IMG/VR virus record: IMGVR_UViG_3300044641_006340
Source of the DNA: an uncultured virus (IMG/VR IMGVR_UViG_3300044641_006340)
Lineage: Duplodnaviria > Heunggongvirae > Uroviricota > Caudoviricetes
DNA length: 54,950 bases
Strand: one strand, 5' to 3'
Below the pieces are notes generated by a model. It was not told where the DNA came from. It made no database searches and worked only from the letters and a program-made list of their open reading frames with translations. Shown here piece by piece: positions 22,401-30,065 of the stretch (its first letter is position 1; each line of letters begins with the position of its first letter). The position numbers and the translations under genes were made by a program.

Positions 22401-25400
22401 ATTTATATATTTCAAAAGATCCGTTATCATCATCTCCGTATCCACAGACAAAGCTATAGTTGAATGGAACAGAGGGTAGCTCTATCGGTTCTAAATTTTG
22501 GTTATAAATAGAAATTCTGCTATTTCCACTAATAGAAGGTTGTCTTATATAAATACCTTCATATTTTTTGTATTGAGTTGCATCTCTAGTATATGTTCCG
22601 CTAATATTTCTATGAGAAACCAAAGAAACTGTTCCACTATTAGTTGTGGCTGGCCTTATTGTGGCTATAGTATCAGTAAATATATTATTAGGTATTCCAG
22701 ATAATTTAATAGAGTATGTTGGTTGTCCACAGTATGATGCCGCATACGCTCCGGATAAGCTAGTTAATGATTGCTGTCCATAGCCAGAAATATTAAGATG
22801 TACTGTTTTAGACGAATCAAAAACATGTCTAGTATATTGTGTAAATTCTAATACTGCTTGAGTGTTAATAGACTGATTAAATATTGTAAGCCCTGTAAAC
22901 GGAGTATCAAAAGTAATCGAACTACTAGTTTTTGCTATAATTTTACCAGTTTGAGGAACTACATATGAATAGCCTGATCCGTGTGGATAATATCTGACAT
23001 ACATACCAGTATGTAAAACATTAGTAATGTTTGTTGGAACATTATAGATATCCGGAGAATTAGTATATAAAAATCCAGCATTTGTTATTATACTATTTTT
23101 AGAATCTATATCAGATACGACTTGTGGATCTAGTATTAGTTCGTCGTTAGTTAATCTTCCAGACCAAGATGTTTCTTTAACAGAAAAGAGGGTATCACTG
23201 ATAATGCTTGATACTTGATACTGCTTTGAAAACGGGGTGTGTTTTGTTGCGGAAGTGAAATTGAGGCGTGAGACAGACCCCGTAGTCATACCATGAAAGT
23301 ATGATTTAACTATTATGTCTGGACTTCCTGAATTTTGATAGAACCAACCATATGTTATTGGCTTAGGAATATTTAAGACCAGTTCTCCATCGTTAGTTTT
23401 TTCGTATGTTCCATAGGATTCAATATACTGTGGAATATATTTGTATAAAGATTCTGTGTTATATGGTTTAATATCTAATGTTTTAATGTCTGGAGCTGTA
23501 ACATCTAAGTTCTGTATAAAATTATTATTGTCTAAATTAAAATGATAATAATATCTTCTTCTTTGTGAGTCGTTATATATTTCTCTTTTTGTAGCATCTT
23601 TTAATATCGAAGTAATATTAGTTAGAAAAGACGGGTTGTTTGGATTACGGAATGTTGAATTTTTAATAATACCACTTTCGTATGTAAATAAAGCAGCTCC
23701 CGTGCCAGCAGCTTTGTTCATCAATACTTCTAATGTATATGATAGTGTTTTATTTTTTGGAATATTGATGGACGGGCTCATATTTACCCAAGCTCCATCA
23801 GTTTGTACTCCGCTAAGACCCAGAGTAATAGTAGAGTGTTGACCTTGAGCTGTAGATATATTATTAAGCTCTCTGAAAGACCCAAAACTTACTTGATTTT
23901 CAGACCAAGTGTAACCATGATTCCCGGCAGCTATAGAATTATCAGTGAGAGCTTGTGATTTTGAATTTAGGGCTATGCTGTTATTAGCATTAACTAAATT
24001 ATTTGAACCGACAGCAAGCGAGTTATCTCCTATAATTCTGTTGTTTTGTCCAATGAGAGCGGAACGATTTGCATCAAATGATCCAGTGTTAGAAGTTCCA
24101 ACAGAAAAATTAAAATTATTATTTACTCTTACAATTTGTCCGGTTTGCTGAATCACAGAATCGCTAATAGTTCTACTGGGATTATTAGTTCTATTATCAA
24201 AACGAGGTATAAAACCAATGGTTCCTTCGAGACTATTAAACTGAACTTTTTCATAATTAAAAAGCCCAGTCATGTTAGAAGCATCATTATAATAATCTAA
24301 ATTTTTGCCATGGAGAAGATCGACATTAAGATTCTCCACCATTCTTGTATTTGCTCCAACATTAAATGGAGGAGTTGATTGATTAATATTAGGAATTACA
24401 GAAATTTGACCTCTTACAGCAAGAGGGTCTGCAAAAGTTTTATTACCGCTAATGGTTTGATCAGCAAATCGACTAACATATAAGCTATCTGCTACTGAAC
24501 GAAGTAGTACTATATTCATGTCACCAGTAATATTTCCAATCACATAAACAGAATTAGCGTCTCCTCCATCTACTTCATTATTAAAATTATCCCCACTTCC
24601 AGCGTCTACTATACCAGTAGCTCCTATGTTAGTTATTAATCTTAATTCTCTTTCACCGGGATAGTAAGCCAATATACCAGTTTGAGGAGTAAGTCCCCCA
24701 TACATAAAACTGAAGCCTCTAGGCTCATTAGGTAGTATAAACGGGGAATTTGTGCCCAGTAATGGTAAATTATCTTTAACAACTAGGTCATTACCATCAA
24801 GAGTAGTATTTCCATTAATAGTTAGTGGGCCGTATATAATATCTCCTGTAGCTGATACTGGCCTATACCCTAGAGCATTAACTATGTCTCCATAATTAAT
24901 ATCTTGTCCATTTATCACAATTCCTTTATTGTTTACCTGTACTTTAGTATATAGACCCGGAGCTGATTGTACTGGTAAACTATCAGCACTAAGAATACCA
25001 GTACTATTTGATAAATCTAAATAATATGATCCTTGTTGACCGTCCAATAAATCAGCATCAAGACCAGAGTTTTCGCCATCATTACCAATATGCCAAGGAG
25101 TATAATTTAGAATACTAATAATGTCAGAAGCAGATAAATTAGAACCAGATACGACACGTCCTTTCTCATCAGTAGTTATTTTATTATATGTTCCTGCAAT
25201 CCCGGTATTGCTCAAAGATATGGAATTAGTCTCTACCAGAATATCGGAAGATCCACCAATATTTAAAACAACAGAACCTGACGGCAAAGATGTTAATCCT
25301 CCTCCAACTAGTCCAGATCCCGCTACTATATCTATAGTTGTTCCACTTAATAGTATGCGTCCTGTTGCAAGGGGGAACGAGGCTATCTTAAATCCATCAT

Positions 25401-25986
25401 AATATAACAATCTGTTACTATTGAATAGTTGATTATTTGTTCCTCCTTTTTCAATAGGAACCACTCCTTCGATGCTTCCTAAATTAAGTTCAACTTTTCT
25501 AACTATTGTATCATCAACAACAATAGTATTCTGTTCATTTATTGTTAATCCTCCTCCAGTTTTTACTCCTAATCTAGCATTATTATTAACTAAATTTACA
25601 TATAAACCCGACTCTGCAATAATACCTGTGAGATTACTACTGTTACCAGCATTATTTAATATGTCTTGTATGGTATAATTACTGCTAGATAATTTAGACC
25701 CATCATAATAAATGACGTGTCCACTACTAAATATAGTATTATTTGTACCACCGCTGTTAATTGGTAATACATCAAAAATAACACCATCTTTTCCAGGGTC
25801 TCCTTTGGGGCCGACGAGACCAATATCTCCTTGGAGACCTTTTTCAATGGAAACAAGATTAATTCTATTATTACGAGTATCGGATATAACTACATTAGTA
25901 GTGATAACACTCTCTGGATCTCTTTGTTGTGTAACTACTAAATATTTTAGTGGCTGTATATCTTCTTCTACTCGTACAATACTCAT
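13417..25986 (-). CDS. Giant fibre/adhesin-like virion protein (4189 aa)
   Basis: Short collagen, VLPxxxGGT repeats, GTYNKITTDEKGRV fibre repeat, GLDADLLDG motif, YadA-head-like repeats, a dystroglycan-type cadherin/He_PIG Ig domain (IPDQSAIINELFTYTIP...LPQWLAFD...FSGTP) and many further Ig-like units. Confidence 0.75.
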   Translation of the reverse strand: MSIVRVEEDIQPLKYLVVTQQRDPESVITTNVVISDTRNNRINLVSIEKGLQGDIGLVGPKGDPGKDGVIFDVLPINSGGTNNTIFSSGHVIYYDGSKLSSSNYTIQDILNNAGNSSNLTGIIAESGLYVNLVNNNARLGVKTGGGLTINEQNTIVVDDTIVRKVELNLGSIEGVVPIEKGGTNNQLFNSNRLLYYDGFKIASFPLATGRILLSGTTIDIVAGSGLVGGGLTSLPSGSVVLNIGGSSDILVETNSISLSNTGIAGTYNKITTDEKGRVVSGSNLSASDIISILNYTPWHIGNDGENSGLDADLLDGQQGSYYLDLSNSTGILSADSLPVQSAPGLYTKVQVNNKGIVINGQDINYGDIVNALGYRPVSATGDIIYGPLTINGNTTLDGNDLVVKDNLPLLGTNSPFILPNEPRGFSFMYGGLTPQTGILAYYPGERELRLITNIGATGIVDAGSGDNFNNEVDGGDANSVYVIGNITGDMNIVLLRSVADSLYVSRFADQTISGNKTFADPLAVRGQISVIPNINQSTPPFNVGANTRMVENLNVDLLHGKNLDYYNDASNMTGLFNYEKVQFNSLEGTIGFIPRFDNRTNNPSRTISDSVIQQTGQIVRVNNNFNFSVGTSNTGSFDANRSALIGQNNRIIGDNSLAVGSNNLVNANNSIALNSKSQALTDNSIAAGNHGYTWSENQVSFGSFRELNNISTAQGQHSTITLGLSGVQTDGAWVNMSPSINIPKNKTLSYTLEVLMNKAAGTGAALFTYESGIIKNSTFRNPNNPSFLTNITSILKDATKREIYNDSQRRRYYYHFNLDNNNFIQNLDVTAPDIKTLDIKPYNTESLYKYIPQYIESYGTYEKTNDGELVLNIPKPITYGWFYQNSGSPDIIVKSYFHGMTTGSVSRLNFTSATKHTPFSKQYQVSSIISDTLFSVKETSWSGRLTNDELILDPQVVSDIDSKNSIITNAGFLYTNSPDIYNVPTNITNVLHTGMYVRYYPHGSGYSYVVPQTGKIIAKTSSSITFDTPFTGLTIFNQSINTQAVLEFTQYTRHVFDSSKTVHLNISGYGQQSLTSLSGAYAASYCGQPTYSIKLSGIPNNIFTDTIATIRPATTNSGTVSLVSHRNISGTYTRDATQYKKYEGIYIRQPSISGNSRISIYNQNLEPIELPSVPFNYSFVCGYGDDDNGSFEIYKSGLYSYLKFKSVSGIDISLSCGQDFDYVYKVANLMDVSYIKNYLYGIDYDLQQSGCYFYSQYPVNSGAGYVFYPDTLETSDLTALPLGLLPDKTYFPVNIKLVNSSYIFDLSKSSGGQPITIINDNNRKSSYKIFPRIRDAYNKDIYNIRIKVFDMSGRNYEKPFSIHIDPVNVRTHIRNSIPDQSAIINELFTYTIPNNTFPNKTKISSVRLSDGRVLPQWLAFDQSKQAFSGTPLAANSGTIELLVKATGVDLIVSDVFKLSVTDSYPSISNYIVDPVLSFDIKNIFLSSISVPQNASYDTHVGKLSADGGYNPYLIFKTSSNSFNGYSHFGGNVLTECSASISQFSTVTLSGIIPYLSGHNILVSGTNNQSQQIVSKIVPSSIFNITVSSGSNFLLFNNPNSNYTGIIFSGNKIFSNIQNWDNNYYATNVTTTGIYLNRNFTNLNSESTGLTCFTSGYNILLNSNVNFTDNIIGIFSTPINESGFYYIDQLKNFTTNYQSATRCPVTLSNNDNIKGFDTETNEYIIEKGYYSTGLISFYTDVGYSDISISSPEHLNFENDESSVYLRFLSRNTGVLPTSQGYSKISGIARSSFNVNNGYFFPNSQPYATGSVLVNVDKNHGYKLANNNIINQIPVQFLDTQENNSNRKPKNNLFDIDDVEGNTIYVKDKNNYLLKEIGKPDYFEQAISGIYTTNGFGFSAAFVHNDYKIYDLDYGGSPIWPQDKIIDVNSSLGSSSSSFVSNSRLLDFTQGFFFNGTVARSGSHIVYNGTFPSLVYSGYVMSVFSTDPLWPTTGITVGYNGYNYSPLSVSFNTGIPKVFNTHGLGSTVSPINIQCTGLISQSTYGDMRIALLGYDYQIVNISGSYSPPSGSNFVISKTNQDSSETTLFSSSNNSNINIQVTGWPKEIISLKLYKNNDQLNFSTLNININSTFHPINIGKRLDILNAIDNINTDYVDAMFYFKPIITLDQRVCLNNKYRQPDNRVFFNGNQITIHNLSTPRSYLNTNDQIKILSLNSGIDFIDSAVSRNCRVVGTGVNNTAIYCIPNNGPKIVSPNSIYNSDDLWRRNSLRYAHSFGIRANQELPNTGIISFVGAVSGYFSIPQTNNLYHHTYGGYTANWPMDPYGKRVSAPLTGVFSIQSNSSQCVSGTLCLSIKGFSNTNFNSIPDLTNRSGIGKQPHAIDTDAVKGYIRPWGTANKKYYFDFSDNAPELNGLYYINDKTDPYNITINIPYNINYLGRSGLVYIIDSDYNIKSNINPNIDNSFVLSESNASVVTDTIPPQPVALIDYKINSYSLKSKRWKHLVHFNNPTSIPYSGYNITFDSSQQQVSQLLYLNPDKINILNIDYSMDYGESYTQLDQNKIKIKTTDENPIYLRIQTKDGSQKWSQSLLSSAPKINIHGLNTYSIDTNTISYNNQNKIWTITAIIDNIKNITTNRDISVVASDETGTDSTNLIIDLTKIPEIAVPKVTYTYVNSPIPWSVNYDIKYLPDPYLIVMSGYPGPSFNINNETFNNSTGVKILYGNAGSVTGVFNTTLSVKDYITGENLSSQTGVIRVLAMNQTKPGYTLDPIGLPDDIYLNIDNDNSSSSFYFYVDAINTSQTSLLVTLTQDVGYTRNIITEYSNVSNRYKITVSLVGSAGYYSNKSITVSLLQPQVNSEDVEVWVPYTYTKLVNITLYKTLTIDRYTLPQPLSFDKQDTWFLQFYLLGGIFSHRPDQAPSVRLSNLPNKGTYPNDPLEYNIRYEYDNADKRWKVIATGRSDNFARMTDSLGVKSIKIFAEDSINTAADTINLTFTQNRYLTNLQPVTYSIPNEFYQTTFDVRQASANNSIMISLPANLREDTIDLSLVNQQYDPDLLLHQFSYSGSPIYDKWDTSISFGNINTSLNDNQLSSITVRCKGISSDKIYAIGKLSLMELDSLTLPGLPIKITGVARPNYSAKEGSPWRITFKTLHGLENPNFPPTILLSGLPTVCSGYYPSLPLEQQNGCLESRNWSPSDKSWNFAFTGFPLCGIDGVKPFSITAIDTDTIQNISLSFDTINAAIDYTSLDEEGFVHPVPQIVPVGQVADPIQLSPRCSEPPINISYRFGPQNRATCPIPTGITGWIVSASGGNNLLPSGLSYTISFPGGSPKRPWNNLGSGTLTITGDPLFFASGTEYAEKLILTVFDARGKSIQKIIKFTDISSPNPPSPIDLPIYFDSEKPIYTRRLPGQNNITNPSGTTPIDWQSYPDLPLVYWPAANANNLKCDSILPHNQCLVTSFAYSGANFQTFDFRVFIKPERPILSAGSTVYVEFDNNPGHNRNNRYQLSSQGNFPNIQYFITADGHDLGTGIGRLVQERTPRFNTQNIQKFLGNTDITTTRSLLGCGSFASKSSVQEAGFGLFGRMYPSIQATIPSGEVFSSQIEGNPPPVPLANLSLSTLDNMYTSGVPQISTVKTFDCWQTGYLRISGILLPSPSVELTDPAPAAEAPFAYNGQQYFIGSRCVYGSNPDDRNLIGNKRDVNIDYKLKNILSNSTYAQGSVGPNQAISFNHTENTGTVFSLFINNTPSIFPTYRSNAIRYAENEYFWVHKGGTKNQSITQNSFPPVVIGGLKDIHALSGTSISGYSITAVGGYIPFNEYSTPIPYYRLPDGSNWSTSNYPPFITGVIQSRVAVENSITYSHSGSSNSQYQFIQSSLLSNPYNIEVGDTIYISFPGTDIPAQTIALGVNNISNNTLLIPYSRVDKPAILNGAAKFSFLSSVTGIESSSIFIKHKNLPLVTGDSIDVVWSSGSSFNSIAPLTNSMTVSSFNSTSAVVSYNGVGSSFSSGLSIGHSVDIYKNYHNEINIGSLTFSKEGYWLFSLSGIPTNVYKDYRYKIVTVENSGMPVFSGTDLVAKKYVSLHNTYISKPIKILLNNNYSIPNNNGVWTLSFSVDGGSRPIKNNTPEIMINNSICNFNRTLNSLTMQDSYDVENDRWNITIGNNNNYDWRYDGSFELKVFDDTGFDTKTILFSNG

Positions 25987-26426
25987 GGGCTACATGTTCC
26001 ACAATCATTCTGAACATTGGTATCGCAAGCAAAAGCATCGCTTCCAGGTACGTTCCTGGCTACCAATGACACGGTTCCTTGTAAGATTCTAAAAATCTTT
26101 TTTCCTCCTCCACTATAAAGATCATTTGGTTCTTGAAGTTCAAAGTCATAAAGAGCACTATTAAAATTATAAGCGGCTGTAGCTGATGCTGGTATTTTTA
26201 GTATTATTTTACCAAGCTTAGGATCTATAACAAAAGAGTAATCATTGGTTTGAGTATTCGTTATGAATGTTCTAATAGTTGGATTTGTATTCTGGTCTTC
26301 TATCCAGCGTATTCTGGCACACCAATTAGTAATATCGATAGGAATTTGAAGATCATCCCTATATTCAAAAGCGATGACGAAAGCTGTACCTTTTTCTATG
26401 CTAAAATTATATTCAGCCGCTGGCAT
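25983..26426 (-). CDS. Ig-like fibre adaptor (BppU-N-like); paralog of 37851-38249
   Basis: YNFSIEKGTAF...PIDITNWCARIRW...YDFELQEPNDLYSGGGK aligns with the 132-aa paralog. Confidence 0.55.
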   Translation of the reverse strand: MPAAEYNFSIEKGTAFVIAFEYRDDLQIPIDITNWCARIRWIEDQNTNPTIRTFITNTQTNDYSFVIDPKLGKIILKIPASATAAYNFNSALYDFELQEPNDLYSGGGKKIFRILQGTVSLVARNVPGSDAFACDTNVQNDCGTCSP

Positions 26427-26442
26427 TGTGAGTATCCTTTAC

Positions 26443-26958
26443 TTATGAGTAAAAATATCTTGATCGATAGTCGTGATTTTGTAAATATCGAGGGTTAAAC
26501 TTATTGCCAACGAAAGGACTAAGAACAGCAGCAATAGCACTGGCATCTTTAACATCCCAGTGAGAAGTTAACTCTTCATATAATGCACAAGGTCCTTGTT
26601 CTAGTATTGTTTTCCAGGCTCCACTTTGTCCGTTAACAGCTAAACTAGCCGGACCGAGTGCCGCTCGTATACCTTCAGTAGCGGCCTTTGTTCGATAGGT
26701 ACTTTGATCTACTAAACAAGCTGCCTTTAATGAAACTAAACTAATAAAAATTTCATCCCTATCATCAGTAGGATCGGGAGTAATATTTGGACTAACAACA
26801 TCCACCAAATATTGATGATCTAAAACCACATCAAATTGAACGTATTTTGCTGCAACACTTATAACTTGAATTAATCGGTCGTCACTATAAACCGGCTGAT
26901 CTGACCAATCATTCACAAGAGTACGTACAATAATAGGAATTTCTGTTTGCCAAGACAT
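26443..26958 (-). CDS. Putative head-tail adaptor
   Basis: 171 aa, helical, VRTLVNDWSDQPVYSDDRLIQVI as in adaptor N-termini; preceded by its own GGTGTA motif. Confidence 0.55.
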   Translation of the reverse strand: MSWQTEIPIIVRTLVNDWSDQPVYSDDRLIQVISVAAKYVQFDVVLDHQYLVDVVSPNITPDPTDDRDEIFISLVSLKAACLVDQSTYRTKAATEGIRAALGPASLAVNGQSGAWKTILEQGPCALYEELTSHWDVKDASAIAAVLSPFVGNKFNPRYLQNHDYRSRYFYS

Positions 26959-27010
26959 TATACGGTCCTTTTGTTAGAGATAGTATACTAATTAATATAT
27001 ACACCTCATT

Positions 27011-27178
27011 TTAAGGTTCGCCACCGTGTATTTCTGGTACATATTGAGATATAAATTGTAACAATCCAGAAGCTGAAACTTGCTGAGTTTCAAGATTTCC
27101 TCCACTATTATGTACTACTACAAAAATAGTATCATTTTTAAGTCCACTAGATAATGGTAATTGTGTAATTTTAGACAT
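27011..27178 (-). CDS. Small virion protein (55 aa, MSKITQLP...IHGGEP)
   Basis: Start reassigned to ATG 27178, which removes the overlap; KITQLP N-terminal motif common in phage fibre accessories. Confidence 0.55.
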   Translation of the reverse strand: MSKITQLPLSSGLKNDTIFVVVHNSGGNLETQQVSASGLLQFISQYVPEIHGGEP

Positions 27179-27213
27179 AAAAACTCTAGATATTAGAAGA
27201 AAAAATACTATAC

Positions 27214-27840
27214 TTAAATTGGCTCTGTTAGAGTAATTGGCAAACCACTCGACCACGTTCCTTGACCGACACCATTTATAGCAGCTACTCTGAATTGATA
27301 TTCTATATTATAGCTTAAACCACTAATACTAACATTGGTTAGAGGACTGACATAATCCGTATAGTTAACCCATGATAAACTTTGACCACTTCTATACTGT
27401 ATAGCATAATCATTTACTGGTGGTATCCATGTGGCTGATGGAGCTATCCAACCTAAGCTAACTTCATTACTTTGAATATTAGAATATAATAGTGTGGGAG
27501 CGGGTGGTAAAAATAGTTCTCTTAAAGAAGAGTCTTGTCCTGTGCTAACAGCATTAATAACTAATCTGTCATTAACAAAATTAAATAATATTCCTGATCC
27601 AGGTTGTAAATATCCAGAGATGGATAGATTAAAATTTATTATATCAGATGTATTATGAACATGATTAACTGATGCAAATAGTCCACTGCCATAATGGGGT
27701 AATTGAGTCCAAGACGATGTTCCGTCTCCTATTTTGAGTATACTATTTGAGAGATCGTATCCTGGTTCACCAGTTTGTAGAATACGGTTAGATTCTAGCC
27801 ATTGACCAGAATTTCCTTTACGTACGGTTATTAAAGTCAT
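27214..27840 (-). CDS. Mtd_N + FN3 fibre protein
   Basis: ITVRKGNSGQWLESNRILQTGEPGYDLSNSILKIGDG; FN3 ending YQFRVAAINGVGQG. Confidence 0.75.
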   Translation of the reverse strand: MTLITVRKGNSGQWLESNRILQTGEPGYDLSNSILKIGDGTSSWTQLPHYGSGLFASVNHVHNTSDIINFNLSISGYLQPGSGILFNFVNDRLVINAVSTGQDSSLRELFLPPAPTLLYSNIQSNEVSLGWIAPSATWIPPVNDYAIQYRSGQSLSWVNYTDYVSPLTNVSISGLSYNIEYQFRVAAINGVGQGTWSSGLPITLTEPI

Positions 27841-27930
27841 CGATTAATCTTTACTGGTTTAATATAAATATCGCCCTTAGTAGTCTTTAATACACCTTAT
27901 AGTGAAGGGGATAAATTTTAAATTAAGTGG

Positions 27931-28070
27931 CTAATTTTGTATAATCCATAATCCAGTAGTCTCATCTAAAACATATTCATCACCGGGAAGACGGGAACAA
28001 AAACTCCTTTCTGGAGAAAGCCAAGAGGAATGTAATAGGTAATAGTTTTTAACAAGCTCTTAAGTGTCAT
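27931..28070 (-). pseudogene. Small gene apparently broken by a 1-nt deletion
   Basis: AGGAG RBS + ATG 28070. One extra A at codon 4 would give MTLKELVKNYYLLHSSWLSPERSFCSRLPGDEYVLDETTGLWIIQN*; the span is 140 nt (141-1). As written it gives a 34-aa ORF. Confidence 0.35.
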
Positions 28071-28078
28071 AAATACTC

Positions 28079-28429
28079 CTAAATCCAAGCCGCTTCACGA
28101 AATGCTTGATCGACTTGGGCTTCAGTTAAACCCAACACCGTGGCTAAAGGAATTAACATGGGATGAGTGCGCTCAACATAGGGAGCGTATTCCCACTCAA
28201 CTCTGACAAGATCTCGCTGCATTTGATCGGGGATTGCGTTTATGGCCGTCTCAACTTGCACGAGGCTTATGCCATGCCGCACGAGCCAGAGACGTATCTG
28301 GCGAGCGGAGACGCTCGTAGGGACAGATTCGTCCACGGCCTGTTGATTCATGCCTACGATATTGCCATTCTCGTCACGCACTTCCCAAGTGCGAATTCCA
28401 TCGATAATGCCGAGATAATTGGTGATCAT
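28079..28429 (-). CDS. Fibre-associated protein (possible assembly chaperone), high GC
   Basis: VPTSVSARQIRLWL...VEWEYAPYVERTHP...LGLTEAQVDQAFREAA, a pattern common downstream of fibre genes; ATGA overlap. Confidence 0.6.
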   Translation of the reverse strand: MITNYLGIIDGIRTWEVRDENGNIVGMNQQAVDESVPTSVSARQIRLWLVRHGISLVQVETAINAIPDQMQRDLVRVEWEYAPYVERTHPMLIPLATVLGLTEAQVDQAFREAAWI

Positions 28430-29469
28430 GAAATTCTCCCATATAGAACGAAAGATCCATTAGACACGCTTGTCGGCGATGTTGGAAGATCACTAAGAGA
28501 CGTGACCAAACCAGCAACCATAGGAGGTAGTCGCATGATCGAGCCCATGCCAAGCGTAGCAGCATGCCAATTGCCAGCCGTTGTGCCGACAAGTATTAGT
28601 CCAGCCGCGTAGCGTGTCCCGGCGACAATATTATACGAGGCAGGATAGCCACCGGTAGTGTTAAAGGTTCGAGAGTAGAAGGTATTTGTGGAATTTCCGA
28701 TTGTCATGTCGCTCGCTGTTCGTGCAACCAGTGTCACTGTAGGCGTCGTGAATGTAATGTTATCGGTGATGGTCTCGGAAACAGTAAACAACCCAAAGCG
28801 ACACAACGACAGGCCAGATGTGGCAGCGTTGCCCGCCGCAAACGTCAGAGTAGTAGCAGTGAACGAGTACGGGGCTGTAAAAAATACTAGCATTAGACCT
28901 CCACTAGTAGCGCCAGCATTACCGATACTACCGTGACCTCTCGGAAGCCAATCAATAGCGGTGTTTGTAGAATGAATGGTCCTGTCAACAGCTAAGTTTG
29001 TAGAAGCACCAGCACCAGCAGATGAAAGATCTAAATAAAATCCACGAGCACTACCTCCTTGTTCAAAAAATCTTAATCTATTCTGATAAGCATCAATGGT
29101 TATTCCACCAGATAATGTTCCATTTGGAGGTTTAGCTAATTGTATCTCTCCTCCTTCATCGCCAGAAGAATTACTAGCCACTAAATATGGTGCTGTTAAA
29201 TTAGTTCCATCAAAAGTTAAATTGGACTCGGCATTAATGCCAACTGCTGATCCTGTGCTGGTAAGAATTCTATTATCTCCACTATTAGCTATAGTGGGTA
29301 ATAGTCCACTAACAGAGCTATTAAAATCAGTAATATCAGATGATGTATGATTATGTCCACTAATACTGACATTAATATTATTAAGTTGTAAAACTCCACT
29401 AACATTAGTATTAACTCCACTAACGTTTATGTTTCGGGCTAGTATTGAATTATCGTATGCTTTTGTCAT
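28426..29469 (-). CDS. Fibre protein; chimeric (AT-rich 5' half, GC-rich 3' half)
   Basis: HNHTSSDITDFNSSVSGLLP repeat, NRILTSTG...AESNLTFDG and GDEGGEIQL fibre motifs. Confidence 0.65.
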   Translation of the reverse strand: MTKAYDNSILARNINVSGVNTNVSGVLQLNNINVSISGHNHTSSDITDFNSSVSGLLPTIANSGDNRILTSTGSAVGINAESNLTFDGTNLTAPYLVASNSSGDEGGEIQLAKPPNGTLSGGITIDAYQNRLRFFEQGGSARGFYLDLSSAGAGASTNLAVDRTIHSTNTAIDWLPRGHGSIGNAGATSGGLMLVFFTAPYSFTATTLTFAAGNAATSGLSLCRFGLFTVSETITDNITFTTPTVTLVARTASDMTIGNSTNTFYSRTFNTTGGYPASYNIVAGTRYAAGLILVGTTAGNWHAATLGMGSIMRLPPMVAGLVTSLSDLPTSPTSVSNGSFVLYGRIS

Positions 29470-29501
29470 TTTATGTGTTGATTGTTAAAGTATAAAATTC
29501 T

Positions 29502-30065
29502 TCAGGAATTCGAGGAGGTACTTAGCATCGCGTTCCAGGTAGCAAGATCGACCATAAATCGCCACGACCAAACAACTCTCTTTACATTGCCAACAACCTG
29601 AGAGACTCCATGAATCTGTTCCGACAGAAGATAGACCAGCGCGTCTCCTTCCTGCTGCTCTCGCTCCACGCCGTCAACGCTCACTACGCCGCCTGACGCT
29701 GGAGCTGAAAGCAATGCGTTCACGCCGACACACACCAGACCGTCCTGCCGGAAATGATGGTCAACGTGTTCTGGAAACTCTCCGCCGGGAAGGAGAACAC
29801 CAACCGTCATACCGTCTAGGAATCGCTGAAGCGAGCCCCCCAGCATCGGGAACCGCTCCCTGATACGGCCATGCACCTGATAGGCGACTTCGGGGAATCC
29901 GCCAGCCTCCACCACCGCGTTGCTGTTTGAGATTTTACGCAACAAATACGACTCGCCGTCCGCAGTTCTTGCGTTTCCAAGGCACTCCTCATTGGTGTCG
30001 CACCACGCCAGCAGTGAGGCTCGTTCGCTCTCGCTAACAAAATTGCTTAGAAGAATAACGCTCAT
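29502..30065 (-). CDS. 2OG-Fe(II) oxygenase (prolyl-hydroxylase-like)
   Basis: LSNFVSESE N-terminus, HxD (EHVD), GG, distal H (IHGVSQV) and R (KRVVWSW). Confidence 0.8.
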   Translation of the reverse strand: MSVILLSNFVSESERASLLAWCDTNEECLGNARTADGESYLLRKISNSNAVVEAGGFPEVAYQVHGRIRERFPMLGGSLQRFLDGMTVGVLLPGGEFPEHVDHHFRQDGLVCVGVNALLSAPASGGVVSVDGVEREQQEGDALVYLLSEQIHGVSQVVGNVKRVVWSWRFMVDLATWNAMLSTSSNS

